A stretch of DNA of 64,000 bases, from contig NC_086097.1 of NCBI RefSeq assembly GCF_963921235.1, positions 99,140,001-99,204,000 on the forward strand, read 5' to 3'. This document shows positions 38,471-51,179 of the stretch, one piece after another. Origin of the DNA: Mobula hypostoma. Taxonomy: Eukaryota. Both the position numbers and the translations under genes were made by a program. Position 1 is the first letter of the stretch. Each line of letters opens with the position of its first letter. The notes beneath the pieces were generated by a model that saw only the letters and a program-made list of their open reading frames with translations, searched no databases and was not told the origin of the DNA.

Positions 38471-39400
38471 GTTTTCAGCAGAAGAGACCCTTCAGTGCAA
38501 TCCTAGTATTTCTCTGTAACCTGTCAATTTAATCTCTCTCAGATGCCCATCATTAACCCTTTGATTCTGCCGGCATTCCAGTGGCTACTAGGACATCTTT
38601 GGCATGTGCATAAATCCTCAGTGCCTGGTAGAAACCCATTCAGTTATGGGGAGAACATGCAAACACCACAGGGACAGCATCTGACATCAGGATTGAACCT
38701 AGTATTTAGAGTTGTGAGTCAACAGTACTATCTGTTGTGCCATTATGCTGCCCTGCTTAACAGCCACATAATTCTGGAGGAGTTCAAAAGTTGGGTATTC
38801 TGTGGAAAGTGGAAAGTGGAAAGTGACTCACCATTCAACTCCCTAAAGACTTCTCACCATCTATGAGGTACTTCAGATGCTCAAGGAGAAATCAACACTT
38901 ACCTGGGCAAGTCTGACTGTAGTTGCACTCAGTAGGTTTGACACTACCCAGGACCAATTATCTTCCTTGGCTGGCAGTGAATCCAACTTTCTACAGATTC
39001 ACTCCCTCCACCAGAGGACCATGATTCCAGTGCATGTAGGTCTTCACCAGTATCCCTTAAACCCATCACCTGTACCACACACATCTGCAAGTTTCTGGAT
39101 ATGAATATCACGCTGATTAGTTGAGTTAAGTGCATTGTAAACTGGCTTGCTCTGAAAATGTTTAAGATAATATAAAGGAACCTTTCCTTTTCACTCGGTC
39201 TTTGTTTTACCTCCCCTGTAAATTTGGAAAGTGGAAAGAGGTTGTACAATGCTTTCTTCAGATCTAACTGCCCTGAATATAATGCTGACTTCAAGTATCC
39301 AAACCTAAGCATTGCAATCTTCAACATAAAAATCTTGTCATTTGGAAAAAGAAAACACGATGGAGAAGAAAAATGCAGTGAAAAGCCAGAAGTTACATAC

Positions 39401-39652
39401 GAGTCAGCTATTTTGATCAGGCATTGGATTCTGATCTCCAGTGACGCAATCTCTCGCTCAGAGACCAATTGCTTACTCCTCCCAATATCCACTGTCACCA
39501 TACTTTTGCTTGGATCAGAGATGGATAGCAAGGCAAGCTTGTCTTGCAGCAGGGCTGATGTATCCTGGCACTTCTGCAGAAATGCTTTGGCATCAGCTGT
39601 ACCGATCAGTTTCTTTTCCTTCTCCTCCTTCAAATTCAACATTACAGACCAC
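39401..39652 (-). CDS. SPTBN5: SPTBN5 exon: WSVMLNLKEEKEKKLIGTADAKAFLQKCQDT...LIKIADS
   Basis: Acceptor ctatttgcag|, donor TC|gtatgt; 252 nt, phase 2 to 2. Confidence 0.9.
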
Positions 39653-39829
39653 CTGCAAATAGAGCACAAGGATATTTTAAGGGTTAAGTCAAGATCCTTT
39701 CATTGTGGCTGTTTAAATAAGCCAATGTTAGTTAAATAATAATGAAGAACAGACTTCTGTTTATTGGTTACAGCGCAGTGTTTAATATAACCGTACCCTC
39801 AGTTCTAATCAACAAGCTCCAGATCCTGT

Positions 39830-40800
39830 GTCTCTGTACCCTCTCTCAGCAACTGGATCCTTGACTTCCTCATCGAGAAATCAGAGTCTGTGCAAATCAG
39901 AGATAGCATCTCCTCTCCTGGCTAACAATCAACACTGGCACACCTCAAGGACGTGTGCTTAGCTACTGTTCCATGCTCTAGCTATATCAGGGGTTCCTAG
40001 TCTTCTTTATGCCATGGACCCCTACCATTAACCAAAGTGTCTGTGGACCCAAGGTTAGGAACGCTTGCTGTGGCTGGGCACAGCTCAAATGCCATCTATA
40101 AATTTGCCAGTGACACAACTATTGTCGGCAGAATTTCAGATGGTGACGAGGAGCATACAGGAGTGAGGTAGATCAGCTGGTTGAGTGCTGTTGAAACCAC
40201 AACCTTGTACTCAAAACCAAGGAATTGATTGTGGACTTCAGGAAGGGTAAGTTAAAGCAACACACACCAGTCCTCATCAGCAGTGGAAAGGGTGAGCAGT
40301 TTTAAGCTCTAACTCTCTGAAGATCTATTGATGCAATTACAAAGAAGACGTGACTGTGGCTATATTTATTAACTGTTCGAAGAGACTTGGTATGTCATCA
40401 AAGGCTTTTGCCGATTTTTACAGATGTACCGTGGAGAGCATTCTAACTGGCTGCATCACCATCTGGTGTGGAGAGACTACTGAACAGGATTTGGAAAAAA
40501 TTTGCCAACTCAGCCAGCTCTATTCGTGGACACTAGCCTCCCCAGCATCAAGGACAGGTTCAAAGGTGATGCCTCAAAAGAGTGGCATCCATCGCCCAGG
40601 ACATGCCCTCTTCTCGTTGTGCCCATCAAGGTTGACGTACAGGAGCCCAAAGACACACACTTAGTGTTTTAGAAGCTATATATATATTATTTATTTATTG
40701 TAATTTATAGTTCATTTTATGCATTGCAATGTACTGTTGCCACAAAACAGCATGGTTCATGACATATGCCAGTGATACTAAACATGTTTTTGATTCTGAT
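39830..40800 (+). mobile_element. Decayed Rex1/Babar-type LINE fragment
   Basis: NWILDFL, TG.PQG.VL, YKFA.DTTIVG.I, TKELIVDFRK and FYRCTVESILTGCITIW motifs, with stops. Confidence 0.78.
39988..40067. mobile_element. Possible about 80-bp hAT-type MITE nested in the LINE
   Basis: Imperfect terminal inverted repeats caggggttccta / taggaacgcttg; no clear 8-bp TSD. Confidence 0.4.
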
Positions 40801-41074
40801 TTTGATAATAAAAACAATATTTGGAAGTATTTTCATGCTGTCATACCAACCAGTGAGATATTTCTGAAATGTCCTGTATGTTGTAATGTAGTGGTGGGTA
40901 AACTGTGCACAGTAAGAGCCCATAAACGGTACTGGCATAGATTGATATTGTTTTATTATCGTCACAGGTACCAAGGAACAGTGAAAAGCTTGTCTTGAAT
41001 ACTTTTCACACAGATCAAATCATTACACGGTGCTTTGAGACAGAATAAGTGAAACAATAGCGATGCAGAATAAA

Positions 41075-41985
41075 GTTCAAAGTAAATTTATTATCAAAGT
41101 ACGTATATGTCATCATATACAAACCTGATGTTCATTTTCTTGTGGGCATTCACAGTAAGTACAAGAAACACAGTAGAGTCAGTGAAAGACCACACCCAAC
41201 AGAGTGAACAACAAACAATATGCAAAAAAAAACAAACTTTACAAATACAAAAACAAACAGGAAAAAGAAACAATAATATTAATAATAAATAAATAAGCAA
41301 TATATATTAAGAACATGAGATGAGGAGTCCTTGAAAGTGAGTCCAGTTCAGTGATGGGGAAGTTGAGTGAAGTTGTCCCCTCTGGTTCAAGAGCCTGATG
41401 GCTGAGGGGTAGTAAATATTCCTGACCCTGGTGATGCAGGTTCTGAGGCTCCTGTACCTTCTTCCCTATGGCAGCAGCAAGAAGAGAGCATGGCCTGGAT
41501 GGTGGAGGTCCCTGATGATGGATGCTACTTTCCTGTGACAGCACTTAATGGTGAAGGCTTTACCCAGAATGTACTTGGCTGTATCTATTACTTTTTGTTG
41601 ATGCAAAGTGTTAAAAGCTAAAAAGTGCAGTGCAGGTAAATGAAAAAATACAAGATCATAATGAGGTAGATCGTGAGGCCAAGAGTCCATCTTATCATAC
41701 AAGAGGTCCATTCAAGGGTCTGAGAAGAAGTAGAAGCTGTCCTTGAAAGTGCTTTCAGGCTTGTGTATCTTCTGTCCAGTGGGAGAGGGGAGAAGAGAGA
41801 ATGATCAGAGTAGGTGGGATCTAATTATGTTGTATGCTTTACTGAGACAGTGATATGTAAAGACAGAGTCCACAGAGGGGAGGCTGGTTGCTGTGACGTG
41901 CTGAGCTGTGCCCATAACTCTCTGCACTTCCTTGTGGTCACATGCGGAACAGTTGCTACACCAAGCCGTTATGTATCCAGACAGC
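41075..41985 (-). mobile_element. Two Rex1/Babar-type 3' fragments
   Basis: Reverse translation gives RKVASIIRDLHHPGHALFLLLP and GYITAWCSNCSA..KEVQRV; aagttcaaagtaaatttattatc tail. Confidence 0.7.
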
Positions 41986-42343
41986 AACACACACACAATT
42001 CTGGAGGAACTCAGCAGGCCAGGCATCACCTATAGAAAAGAGTGCAGCCAACGTTGATGGCCCAAAACATCGACTGTTTACTGTCGACACTAGGGAGAAC
42101 TCTGTAACTTAGCAAATGGATCTTTTATGTTAATCTGAGAGAAACAATTGTCTCACCTCCCTGCTGTCCTGGAGCATACCCTATATTTTGTGTTCAACTC
42201 ATATGCTGAAAGCCCCCTCTCTGTGCCAATGATTACACGGTCTCGAACATCTAAAGCTTTCCACTCAACATGACATAGAGCATGTGTGAAGTCACACTCC
42301 TGATCTTCAACCTGGCTGATTGAGTGGACAGTATACTGGTTAC

Positions 42344-42474
42344 CTTTTGTGTATTTCCTCCATTTTTGCCTGGACTTCCTGATGCTTGTTGTGTTTGCCT
42401 TTCAAAAAGTTCTCCACCAGTTGGTTGACTTCATCCAGTTGGCCTTTCCATGCAGCCAACTCGGTCAAGAAATT
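42344..42474 (-). CDS. SPTBN5: SPTBN5 exon: NFLTELAAWKGQLDEVNQL...MEEIHKR
   Basis: Acceptor ccgatttcag|, donor AG|gtaacc; 131 nt, phase 0 to 2. Confidence 0.9.
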
Positions 42475-42717
42475 CTGAAATCGGAAAGCACCCTTGTTAG
42501 TGGTAATAACTTTACGGTGACTAGGAAAAACATATTGTATATATAGATGTACTGTGAGTGTGACTGGGGGGTTGAAGTGGGATGGGTGCAGTAGTTATTG
42601 AGCTTGACTACAGAGAATTGTTAATAGTGATACAAACTGTAGAGGGAAATGAGGAGCTGTAGAAAGTCAAAGAAAACATCAAGAGATGGACAGGACATGC
42701 TATGCATATCAACACAC

Positions 42718-42870
42718 CTCATATTTCCTCTGCATGACTTCCACATTGTTTGCATTGGGCTCAAAAGTTTTGAAACTATTCTCCTTGTCATTCAGCCAGG
42801 AGATGAGGTCATTGCAGGTGTTATAGATCTGGTGCAGCTGGATCCTTTCCTGCAAGGCATTCCTTCTGGC
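42718..42870 (-). CDS. SPTBN5: SPTBN5 exon: ARRNALQERIQLHQIYNTCNDLISWLNDKE...VEVMQRKYE
   Basis: Acceptor caactctag|, donor GAG|gtgtgt; 153 nt, phase 0 to 0. Confidence 0.9.
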
Positions 42871-43419
42871 CTAGAGTTGGACGGAACAACAGCAAGAAGA
42901 TGAAGCACTCTAGTAAGAAGCACAAAAACTGACATTTTATTTGAGCAGATGGACAAACAGAGACAACCCATTAATGGCAGAAAATTGATGCAGGCAAGCC
43001 ACCAGTTCCTTGGTAAACTGACACAACTGGAGGAAGGCTTGTAGCCAGGTTGCATCTGGATGCTGACCCACAAGAAGGTCAATGACCTTGCACACATGAC
43101 CAAGGTCAGAGAATGCCTTTAAATGCCATGTACATCATTACCCTCAATGCACTACCCACAGTAATTATTCACCTTAACGTACAGCTAGCACTAACTCCAC
43201 AACGTCTTCCAGACCAGTTAGCAGCACAAGCAAAGCAGTGTCATTAACATCCTCTCCCAGACCAGAATGCTGGGTTCAATCAGCTCCAGTGGATGGGTCA
43301 TGTTATCAACATACCTGGCACTTGACTTTTGAAACCAGTTTCTTACTCTGGGCAGGATGTTGGTAATCTGGCACACTCAGCAAAGAAATACATTTTGACC
43401 GTCACACCATAATATAACT

Positions 43420-44690
43420 AAACAAGGGAGAAAGATTAGGCCATTCAGCCCATCAAGTCTATACTACCATTTCTGATCTATATTCCATCTCATCCCCATT
43501 CTCCTGCTTTCTCCCCATAACCTTTGCTACCTTGCTGATCAAGAATCTATCAACCTCCTCTATATGTATTAGCCTCTACAGCCATTTGTGTCAATGCATT
43601 CACCATTCTCTGACTAAAGAAATTCCTGCAGCAGAATACCCTTTTATTCTGTGGCTGCTCCCTCTGGTCCTAGACTCTCCCATTACTGGAACATCTTCTC
43701 CATGCCCGCTCTGTACAGGAATTTACATTTTCAGTGGGTTGTGTTCGGGCAGCTGTGACTGGCAGCTTATCGAGGAGAAGGAAAAGTCTGATCTCAAACT
43801 TCTTTTGCCTTGTGGCCATACCCACTCAAGGGGAGTAAACCCTGAGGGAAAACCCAGAGCTGGAGTCCCTGAGGCAGTCCTATGTTGAGTTCAACGCTGA
43901 CTGGCAACTCCTGCCACGCTGCTGGTGCCAAACTGTATTGGTCTCTCCCGTTCCTTTGGGTTCATTGGCTGTGTGGAGAGGGGGTCCAGGGCATGGTCAA
44001 CAGCTTGCTCTCCTTATCGTACTTCCTTGGTTTGTGTAGACAGCTAGGACACAGCAGCCATGGTGAACCCCAATCAATAGAGGTTCTATCTCAAGGTGTC
44101 AGTGATTCCCTCCCATTCTTCCATTCGTTCCCATTCCACCCCCATTCATCGAGTACAGGCCCAGAGCCATCAGATGCTGCTCATACATTTACTTTTTTAT
44201 TGTGAACCTCTTCTGGACACAATTCAATGCCAGCATATCCTTTCTTTGATAAGGGGCCCAAAACTGCAAACAATACTCCAAATGAGGTCAGACCAATAAC
44301 TCAAAGCCTCAGCACTACATCCTTGCTTTTATACTCTAGTCCTCTCAAAATGAATGATAAATTACATTTGCCTTCCTCACCACAAACTCAACCTGCGAGT
44401 TAGTCTTTAGGGAATCTTGCACTAGAACTCCCAAGTCCCTTTTCTGATTTTTCTCCCCATTTAGAAAATAGTCTATGTCTTTATTCCTCCCACCAAAGTG
44501 CATGACCATACTGTACTACACCTGCCATTTCTTTGCTCATTCTCCCAACCTGTCCAGGTCCTTCTGCAGACTCCCTGCTCCCTCAACACTATGCGCCCTC
44601 CAGTTTTCTTTGTATCACATGTAACCTGGCCTCAAAGCCGTCAATTCTATCACCCAGATCATTAACTTGCAATGTAAAAAGTAGTGGACC
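43420..44690 (-). mobile_element. CR1 3' fragment interrupted by a SINE-like insert (about 43740-44090)
   Basis: The CR1 terminus (ttaggccattcagcccatc) resumes after the insert with reversed ORF2 sequence (ggccccaaaactgcaaacaatactccaaatgagg). Confidence 0.7.
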
Positions 44691-44802
44691 TGCAGGACGG
44701 CGAGGAATGTGCCCCTCACCTACTCTGCCCTTCAAATGAAAGCATTCCATCGGACTCATCATCAGATGGATACAAAGGGAGGAGAGGAGTTACGAACCAC
44801 AC

Positions 44803-45003
44803 CTCAGCTAGCTGGCACAGATTGGTGTATGTTGATTCAATGTTTTGCTGGCTGCTCTCGATATTCGTCCTGTTGAAGTCCTCGTCAGGCACGGTTTGTG
44901 AAGCATAGTGGATCTCTGTCGTCCCGCGGCGCATTGAATGGCTTCTCCGTGGTTTACTGACCCTCGGGGACGGGCTGCCTTTAGCGGCAGATTCACCCCC
45001 CAT
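44803..45003 (-). CDS. SPTBN5: SPTBN5 exon: MGGESAAKGSPSPRVSKPRRSHSMRRG...PDEDFNRTNIESSQQNIESTYTNLCQLAE
   Basis: Acceptor tgttctccag|, donor GAG|gtgtgg; 201 nt. The 3' half resumes helix C of the interrupted spectrin repeat. Confidence 0.88.
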
Positions 45004-45104
45004 CTGGAGAACACAATACCATCACTCCAGACAGGATCTTACAACACTTTCAATTTCCTGCTTATGCACTCACCAAAGAGTGAGTCACAAACCAGGGTAC
45101 AGAG

Positions 45105-45570
45105 GTGACAGAGGGAGAGGGAGGAGTTATGTGGATGAGGGGTTGAGGGGAGTGGAGGAAACAGAGGGAGGGGTAGAAGAGGGAGGTGGGAGAGAGGAAG
45201 GGGAAGATGGAAGGGAGAGGAAGGAGGGGAAAGAGGGTGGGGAACAAGAATGAAAGGTGAGAGGGGTGAGAGTGGAGGGGGTGAGTGGAGGGTGAGGAGC
45301 ATAGGAAGGATGGCCGAGGTGGGGGTGAATGAGGGGGGCAATGAAGGGATGAGTGGGTGGGTGAGAAGGTGGGTGAGATGGATGAGCGAGGGGGGAGCAA
45401 AGGAGGGGAGAGGGAAGGCAAGAGTTCAGGGTGAGAGGGCAATAGGGGGCAGTGAGAGTGTTGCGAGATGGGGCAAGAGGGGAGAGACTGGGGGAAGAGG
45501 GAGGAGGTGAGAGAGTGGGAGGGAGGAGGAGGTAGGCAAAGGCGAGGGTGACGGGAGACCGAGGGAGAAG
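45105..45570. repeat. Purine-rich low-complexity tract
   Basis: G/A-rich on +, pyrimidine-rich on the transcribed strand; produces spurious Pro/Ser/Leu ORFs. Confidence 0.8.
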
Positions 45571-45829
45571 CAGCCAAAGCATCAGGTGTATTTAAATCGG
45601 AAGTTGATCAGTTTGTCATCAGTAAGGTTACACGGAGAAGGCACGAGAATGGGGTTGAGAGGGATAGTAGATCAGACTTGATTGAATGACGGAACAGGCT
45701 CGACGGGTCATACAGCCTAATTCTGTTCTTCTGGTATCCAGAGAATGAAGGTGGGTGGTTTGTGAAGGCTGGACAAAGAGGGAAGGGGTTGTCAATAATG
45801 AACAATGAAGGTGGAGGAAAGGGTCTCAC

Positions 45830-45915
45830 CTCCTCTTGCTTGCTTGGCTGTCTGCGGTCTTTAGCTGTCCTGCTCTGCAAGCCATTGACACTGGTGCGGG
45901 TAAAGGTCTTACGTA
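45830..45915 (-). CDS. SPTBN5: SPTBN5 linker exon: VRKTFTRTSVNGLQSRTAKDRRQPSKQEE
   Basis: Acceptor tctgtttgtag|, donor GAG|gtgaga; 86 nt, phase 1 to 0, which restores the frame after the 88-nt exon. Confidence 0.72.
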
Positions 45916-46556
45916 CTACAAACAGACAAGTGAAAGGGTTTCTCTCAGCACATCATTTTCTCACAGCAGGATCTCCTTTTGAGGCCCCATTCAAGGGACT
46001 ATTCTGACTTCATGAGTCGGTACGAGAGAGTCATTAAGGTGTTTGGCTGTAGCAAGCAATCCCTGATGCAAGTGCAGGGAAGCAACCGTGAGAGTGTGGG
46101 TAATGCGGGTGAACAGCACTGAATGCGACAGCAAAGGGACTGGGGATGTCAGAGAGACTGGTGACTGCCAGAATGACCGACGTGTGTCTGTGGGCATGGA
46201 TGCTGCTCCATTTCAGTGCACTGTAGCATGTCCTCAGTGTGGCTACCACACAGCACTGCAATGTAATGTAACGACTCCATAGCACCTTACTGTGACACCA
46301 TTAGAGACGACCAATGTCAGTATACTGGACACATAAATGATTATTGAATTAACATCGTAGTTCCATGATTATTATCAAATAGGACCTCTACTATGGCACA
46401 TCTCCGCATAGTAATGGTGCTTTTTCAGAGATCTGAGAAGCTCAGAGTTCAATCAGGCTATTGAACCAAATAGATCAAACTCCACAGCCACAAGATACCT
46501 ACAGATTTCACCAATCCCAATCACCCGCCTTTCCTCTGAAATCTTGCTCATCTTAC

Positions 46557-46644
46557 CTTGAAGGTGATCTTTCTTCGTGATTTCTAATCCTTCTCCTTCA
46601 TCGGACGAGCAGCTCTCAGGTACCTTCTTCTCTGGGGTCTCTGC
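46557..46644 (-). CDS. SPTBN5: SPTBN5 linker exon: AETPEKKVPESCSSDEGEGLEITKKDHLQ
   Basis: Acceptor ttgtttgcag|, donor G|gtaaga; 88 nt, phase 0 to 1. Non-spectrin sequence, supported by splice signals and phase match with the next exon. Confidence 0.75.
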
Positions 46645-47472
46645 CTGCAAACAAGGCACTCATTTCTCAGCCGTTCCCAGCGCCATTCCAACTAAAGAAG
46701 CAGTTCCAATCTTCCAAAAACTCAGACAGAAGCTTTACCCAGTCAGCCCACCGTTACTGCTCTTGTTTTCTTTCCAACAGCACTGCGGGAATATTTCACA
46801 AATTCTCTGCGCAGTCACAGTCAAGTTCATTCCCCTTCAATCGTGCACATGCATACGGTTAAACAAAATACCGTTCCTCATGGTCATATAGAACATACAG
46901 CACATAAAATAGTACCAGCATAATAAAAGAGATATTCTGTAGATGTACAAAGTGACATAAAGTGAATATACAACATATGGTTAAATGCACAACAGTATAA
47001 GTAATGTGTAAAGCCGCTGTCGTAAATAACACGCACAGTCTCTTGTGCTTCATGATTTGCCAGGGAGAAGCACCGGGTGAGCAGAATGAAAATGTTTTCC
47101 TTCACTTACCAGTGGAGACTCCTACTTTACATATTCTACCTAGGGAGCATTTTAATTCACAGCAATGACTCCATAGCACCTTACTGTGACACCATTATAG
47201 ATGACCAATGGCAATATATTAGACATATAAATGAGTACAGGTATGAATATCTGGTTTTTTTATATATGTTTTTGACTCTTAATCAGGGAAGCCTTCACCC
47301 CACATCGACCTCAGTCTTACAGGTGGGTGATTAGCAGAGAACTCAGCAATGGCAATACTGTTGAATACCAGGAGATTACACTCTCTATTAATGGGAATGG
47401 TAAACGTCTGATTACTATTTGTCAGTCATGACTGAATATTGCCTAGGTCTTGCCTTAGGGAACGACTGCTTC

Positions 47473-49438
47473 ATTGAGGACTGGGAGAAATTCAGAGTTC
47501 AGCAGAGGAGGACGAAGGGCTTAATTAGGAAGGGGAAAAAAGATTATGAGAGAAAACTGGCAGGGAACATAAAAACTGACTGTAAAAGCTTTTATAGATA
47601 TGTGAAAAGAAAAAAATTGGTTAAGACAAATGTAGGTCCCCTACAGACAGAAACAGGTGAATTGATTATGGGGAGCAAGGACATGGCAGACCAATTGAAT
47701 AATTACTTTGGTTCCGTCTTCACTAAGGAGGACATAAATAATCTTCCGGAAATAGTAGGGGACAGAGGGTCCAGTGAGATGGAGGAACTGAGGGAAATAC
47801 ATGTTAGTAGGGAAGTTGTGTTAGGTAAATTGAAGGGATTAAAGGCAGATAAATCCCCAGGGCCAGATGGTCTGCATCCCAGAGTGCTTAAGGAAGTAGC
47901 CCAAGAAATAGTGGATGCATTAGTGATAATTTTTCAAAACTCTTTAGATTCTGGACTAGTTCCTGAGGATTGGAGGATGGCTAATGTAACCCCACTTTTT
48001 AAAAAAGGAGGGAGAGAGAAACCAGGGAATTATAGACCGGTTAGCCTAACATCGGTGGTGGGGAAACTGCTAGAGTCAGTTATCAAAGATGTGATAACAG
48101 CACATTTGGAAAGCGGTGAAATCATCGGACAAAGTCAGCATGGATTTGTGAAAGGAAAATCATGTCTGACGAATTTCATAGAATTTTCTGAGGATGTAAC
48201 TAGTAGAGTGGATAGGGGAGAACCAGTGGATGTGGTATATTTGGATTTTCAAAAGGCTTTTGACAAGGTCCCACACAGGAGATTAGTGTGCAAACTTAAA
48301 GCACATGGTATTGGGGGTAAGGTATTGATGTGGATAGAGAATTGGTTGGCAGACAGGAAGCAAAGAGTGGGAATAAACGGGACCTTTTTAGAATGGCAGG
48401 CAGTGACTAGTGGGGTACCGCAAGGTTCAGTGCTGGGACCCCAGTTGTTTACAATATATATTAATGACTTGGATGAGGGAATTAAATGCAGCATCTCCAA
48501 GTTTGCAGATGACACGAAGCTGGGCGGCAGTGTTAGCTGTGAGGAGGATGCTAAGAGGATGCAGGGTGACTTGGATAGGGTAGGTGAGTGGGCAAATTCA
48601 TGGCAGATGCAATTTAATGTGGATAAATGTGAAGTTATCCACTTTGGTGGCAAAAACAGGAAAACAGATTATTATCTGAATGGTGGCCGATTAGGAAAAG
48701 GGGAGGTGCAACGAGACCTGAGTGTCATTATACACCAGTCATTGAAAGTGGGCATGCAGGTACAGCAGGCGGTGAAAAAGGCGAATTGTATGCTGTCATT
48801 TATCGCAAGAGGATTCGAGTACAGGAGCAGGGAGGTACTACTGCAGTTGTACAAGGCCTTGGTGAGACCACACCTGGAGTATTGTGTGCAGTTTTGGTCC
48901 CCTAATCTGAGGAAAGACATCCTTGCCATAGAGGGAGTACAAAGAAGGTTCACCAGATTGATTCCTGGGATGGCAGGATTTTCATATGATGAAAGACTGG
49001 ATGAACTAGGCTTATACTTGTTGGAATTTAGAAGATTGAGGGGGGATCTGATTGAAACGTATAAAATCCTAAAGGGATTGGACAGGCTAGATGCAGGAAG
49101 ATTGTTCCCGATGTTGGGGAAGTCCAGAACGAGGGGTCACAGTTTGAGGATAAAGGGGAAGCCTTTTAGGACCGAGATTAGGAAAAACTTCTTCACACAG
49201 AGAGTGGTGAATCTGTGGAATTCTCTGCCACAGGAAACAGTTGAGGCCAGTTCATTGGCTATATTCAAGAGGGAGTTAGATATGGCCCTTGTGGCTACAG
49301 GGGTCAGGGGGTATGGAGGGAAGGCGGGTACAGGGTTCTGAGTTGGATGATCGGCCATGATCATACTGAATGGCGGTGCAGGCTCGAAGGGCCGAATGGC
49401 CTACTCCTGCACCTATTTTCTATGTTTCTATGTTTCTA
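47473..49438 (+). mobile_element. Young 5'-truncated CR1 LINE with an uninterrupted ORF2 3' part (reverse transcriptase domain to C-terminus)
   Basis: About 620 codons without a stop: KSPGPDG, NYRPVSLTS, QHGF, YLDFQKAFDKV, GVPQGSVLGP, KFADD; 3' UTR ends (TTTCTATG)n. No endonuclease domain or ORF1. Confidence 0.95.
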
Positions 49439-49978
49439 TTTCCTGAGGAGTTACAAATGGGATTGAATGTTGCACAATCATCGCTCTTTATGCTGGAAGG
49501 AAGGCGGTTAATGAAGCAGTTGAAGATTGCTTTCAGGGACTCCTGGGCAGAGCTGATGTAACTCTAACAAACCATCTACCTTTGTGCAAGGTGTAATTCC
49601 AACTTCTGGTGCTTCCTCCACTTGATACCATTGACTTCTAGCACCACTCATTCAAATGCTGCCTTCATGTCAAGGACAGACATTCCCATTACTTCTTTGG
49701 ACTGTGGGAGGAAACCAGAGCACCAGAAGGAAACTCATGCAGTTATGGGGAGAACGTAGAAACTCCTTACTGACAGTGGCAGGAATTGAACTTGGGCCAA
49801 TGGTAAAGCAAAGCGTTGTGCTAACCCCTACCCTTATTGGGTTGGATACCTCTGGTATAACACCCAGTTTCTTTGCAGGTGTCAAAGGAAACAGAAAACC
49901 CAGGATGAATAATGTGCTCTGAAAATGTGCCCCTTGTTCGATTTCCGTGAGTGACAGATGTAAAACTGAAGGAAGTAC

Positions 49979-50194
49979 CTGGCATGCTGTTAAAGGAACT
50001 TGCTGGACGGCTGCTGTCGCCAGGTCCTGCAGTCTCTTCAGTTCGCTGGAATAGGCTGCAATCTCTTTCATTAGGTGCATGTGGCGCTGCAGGAGTGCCT
50101 CAGCACTGGCCTCATCCTTCCCATAATCGTCACTCTGCACAAGAGGCTGTTTCTCAAACAGCCAGGAGTGGGCCTCATTGATGTCTGTGAAGTA
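49979..50194 (-). CDS. SPTBN5: SPTBN5 exon: YFTDINEAHSWLFEKQPLVQSDDYGKDEASAEALLQRH...VPLTACQ
   Basis: Acceptor ttgttctcag|, donor CAG|gtactt (a weak donor, so the 3' end is slightly less certain); 216 nt. Confidence 0.9.
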
Positions 50195-51179
50195 CTGAGA
50201 ACAAGGCATAGAGGAATCTGTCATTCAGATAAAACTGATCCTTACTTTTACACCTCAGTCACCATAACCCACAAAATTTCAGACAGCTTCACAAATTATA
50301 TGCACATCAGATGTAGTATTCCAAAATAAATAATACTAATACCAGTAAGGTAAAAACCTGACTCTGAATGATGCATCAGGGATAAATATTGTACAAGACT
50401 TCCTGCGTAGAATTTCTATGTTACATTGAACAATCTCACAGATCCTTTCAAATGTGTCTGAGAGGCCAGACTTGGCTTTGTTTACCAGCTAATTGGAAAT
50501 TTGGCACTTCTGATAGTGTAATCATCAATCAATACTGCTTTGAAGTATACGTTCAAATCTCTGAAGTAGGATTGGAACCTAGTTTATTCAGCAACAAGTA
50601 AGGCACTAAGCCAATGTTTGTAATAACAAGAAAATTTGGAACTGCTGGGAGGTAAAATGACAACAAGCAGATTAGCCGTAGAGGAATTTGCTGCCAGTTC
50701 CAACCCAAGATCTCTTCCATACTGCCACTCCATCCATATAACCATATAACCACATAACAATTACAGCACGGAAACAGGCCATCTCGGCCCTTCTAGTCCG
50801 TCCCTTACCCATTGATGTCAATCCCTATTAACCTAGATACTCCTGCTGAATTCATGAACTTCAGTAATCACAAAATTTAATACTACCTTCAGATGAATCA
50901 TCAAAAAGGCATTTTGATAGATACAAAAATATTCAGCAACCATTTGGAAAGCTTCAGGGAAACTCTTCAGAAACATTAAGACAGTGGAGACAGTGGAGAA
51001 TTTATGAACAGGCTTCCAAACTCAACATCAAATTCAAACATTTCAGGTAACTCTCTTTCTCTGTTTGTGTCAATTCTAATGTAAATCATCCATAGGTAAT
51101 ATAGGCTTTGATTTTCTCTCTCTCCGCTAACATGACCTGAACCGTTCATCATTCCCTAAAGGTCACCACTTCACAGCTT

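Noticed and set aside
47419..49341. 640-aa reverse transcriptase as a host gene or novel RT system
   Set aside because: It is an ordinary 5'-truncated CR1 ORF2 with a CR1 3' UTR and tail; the start codon comes from flanking DNA.
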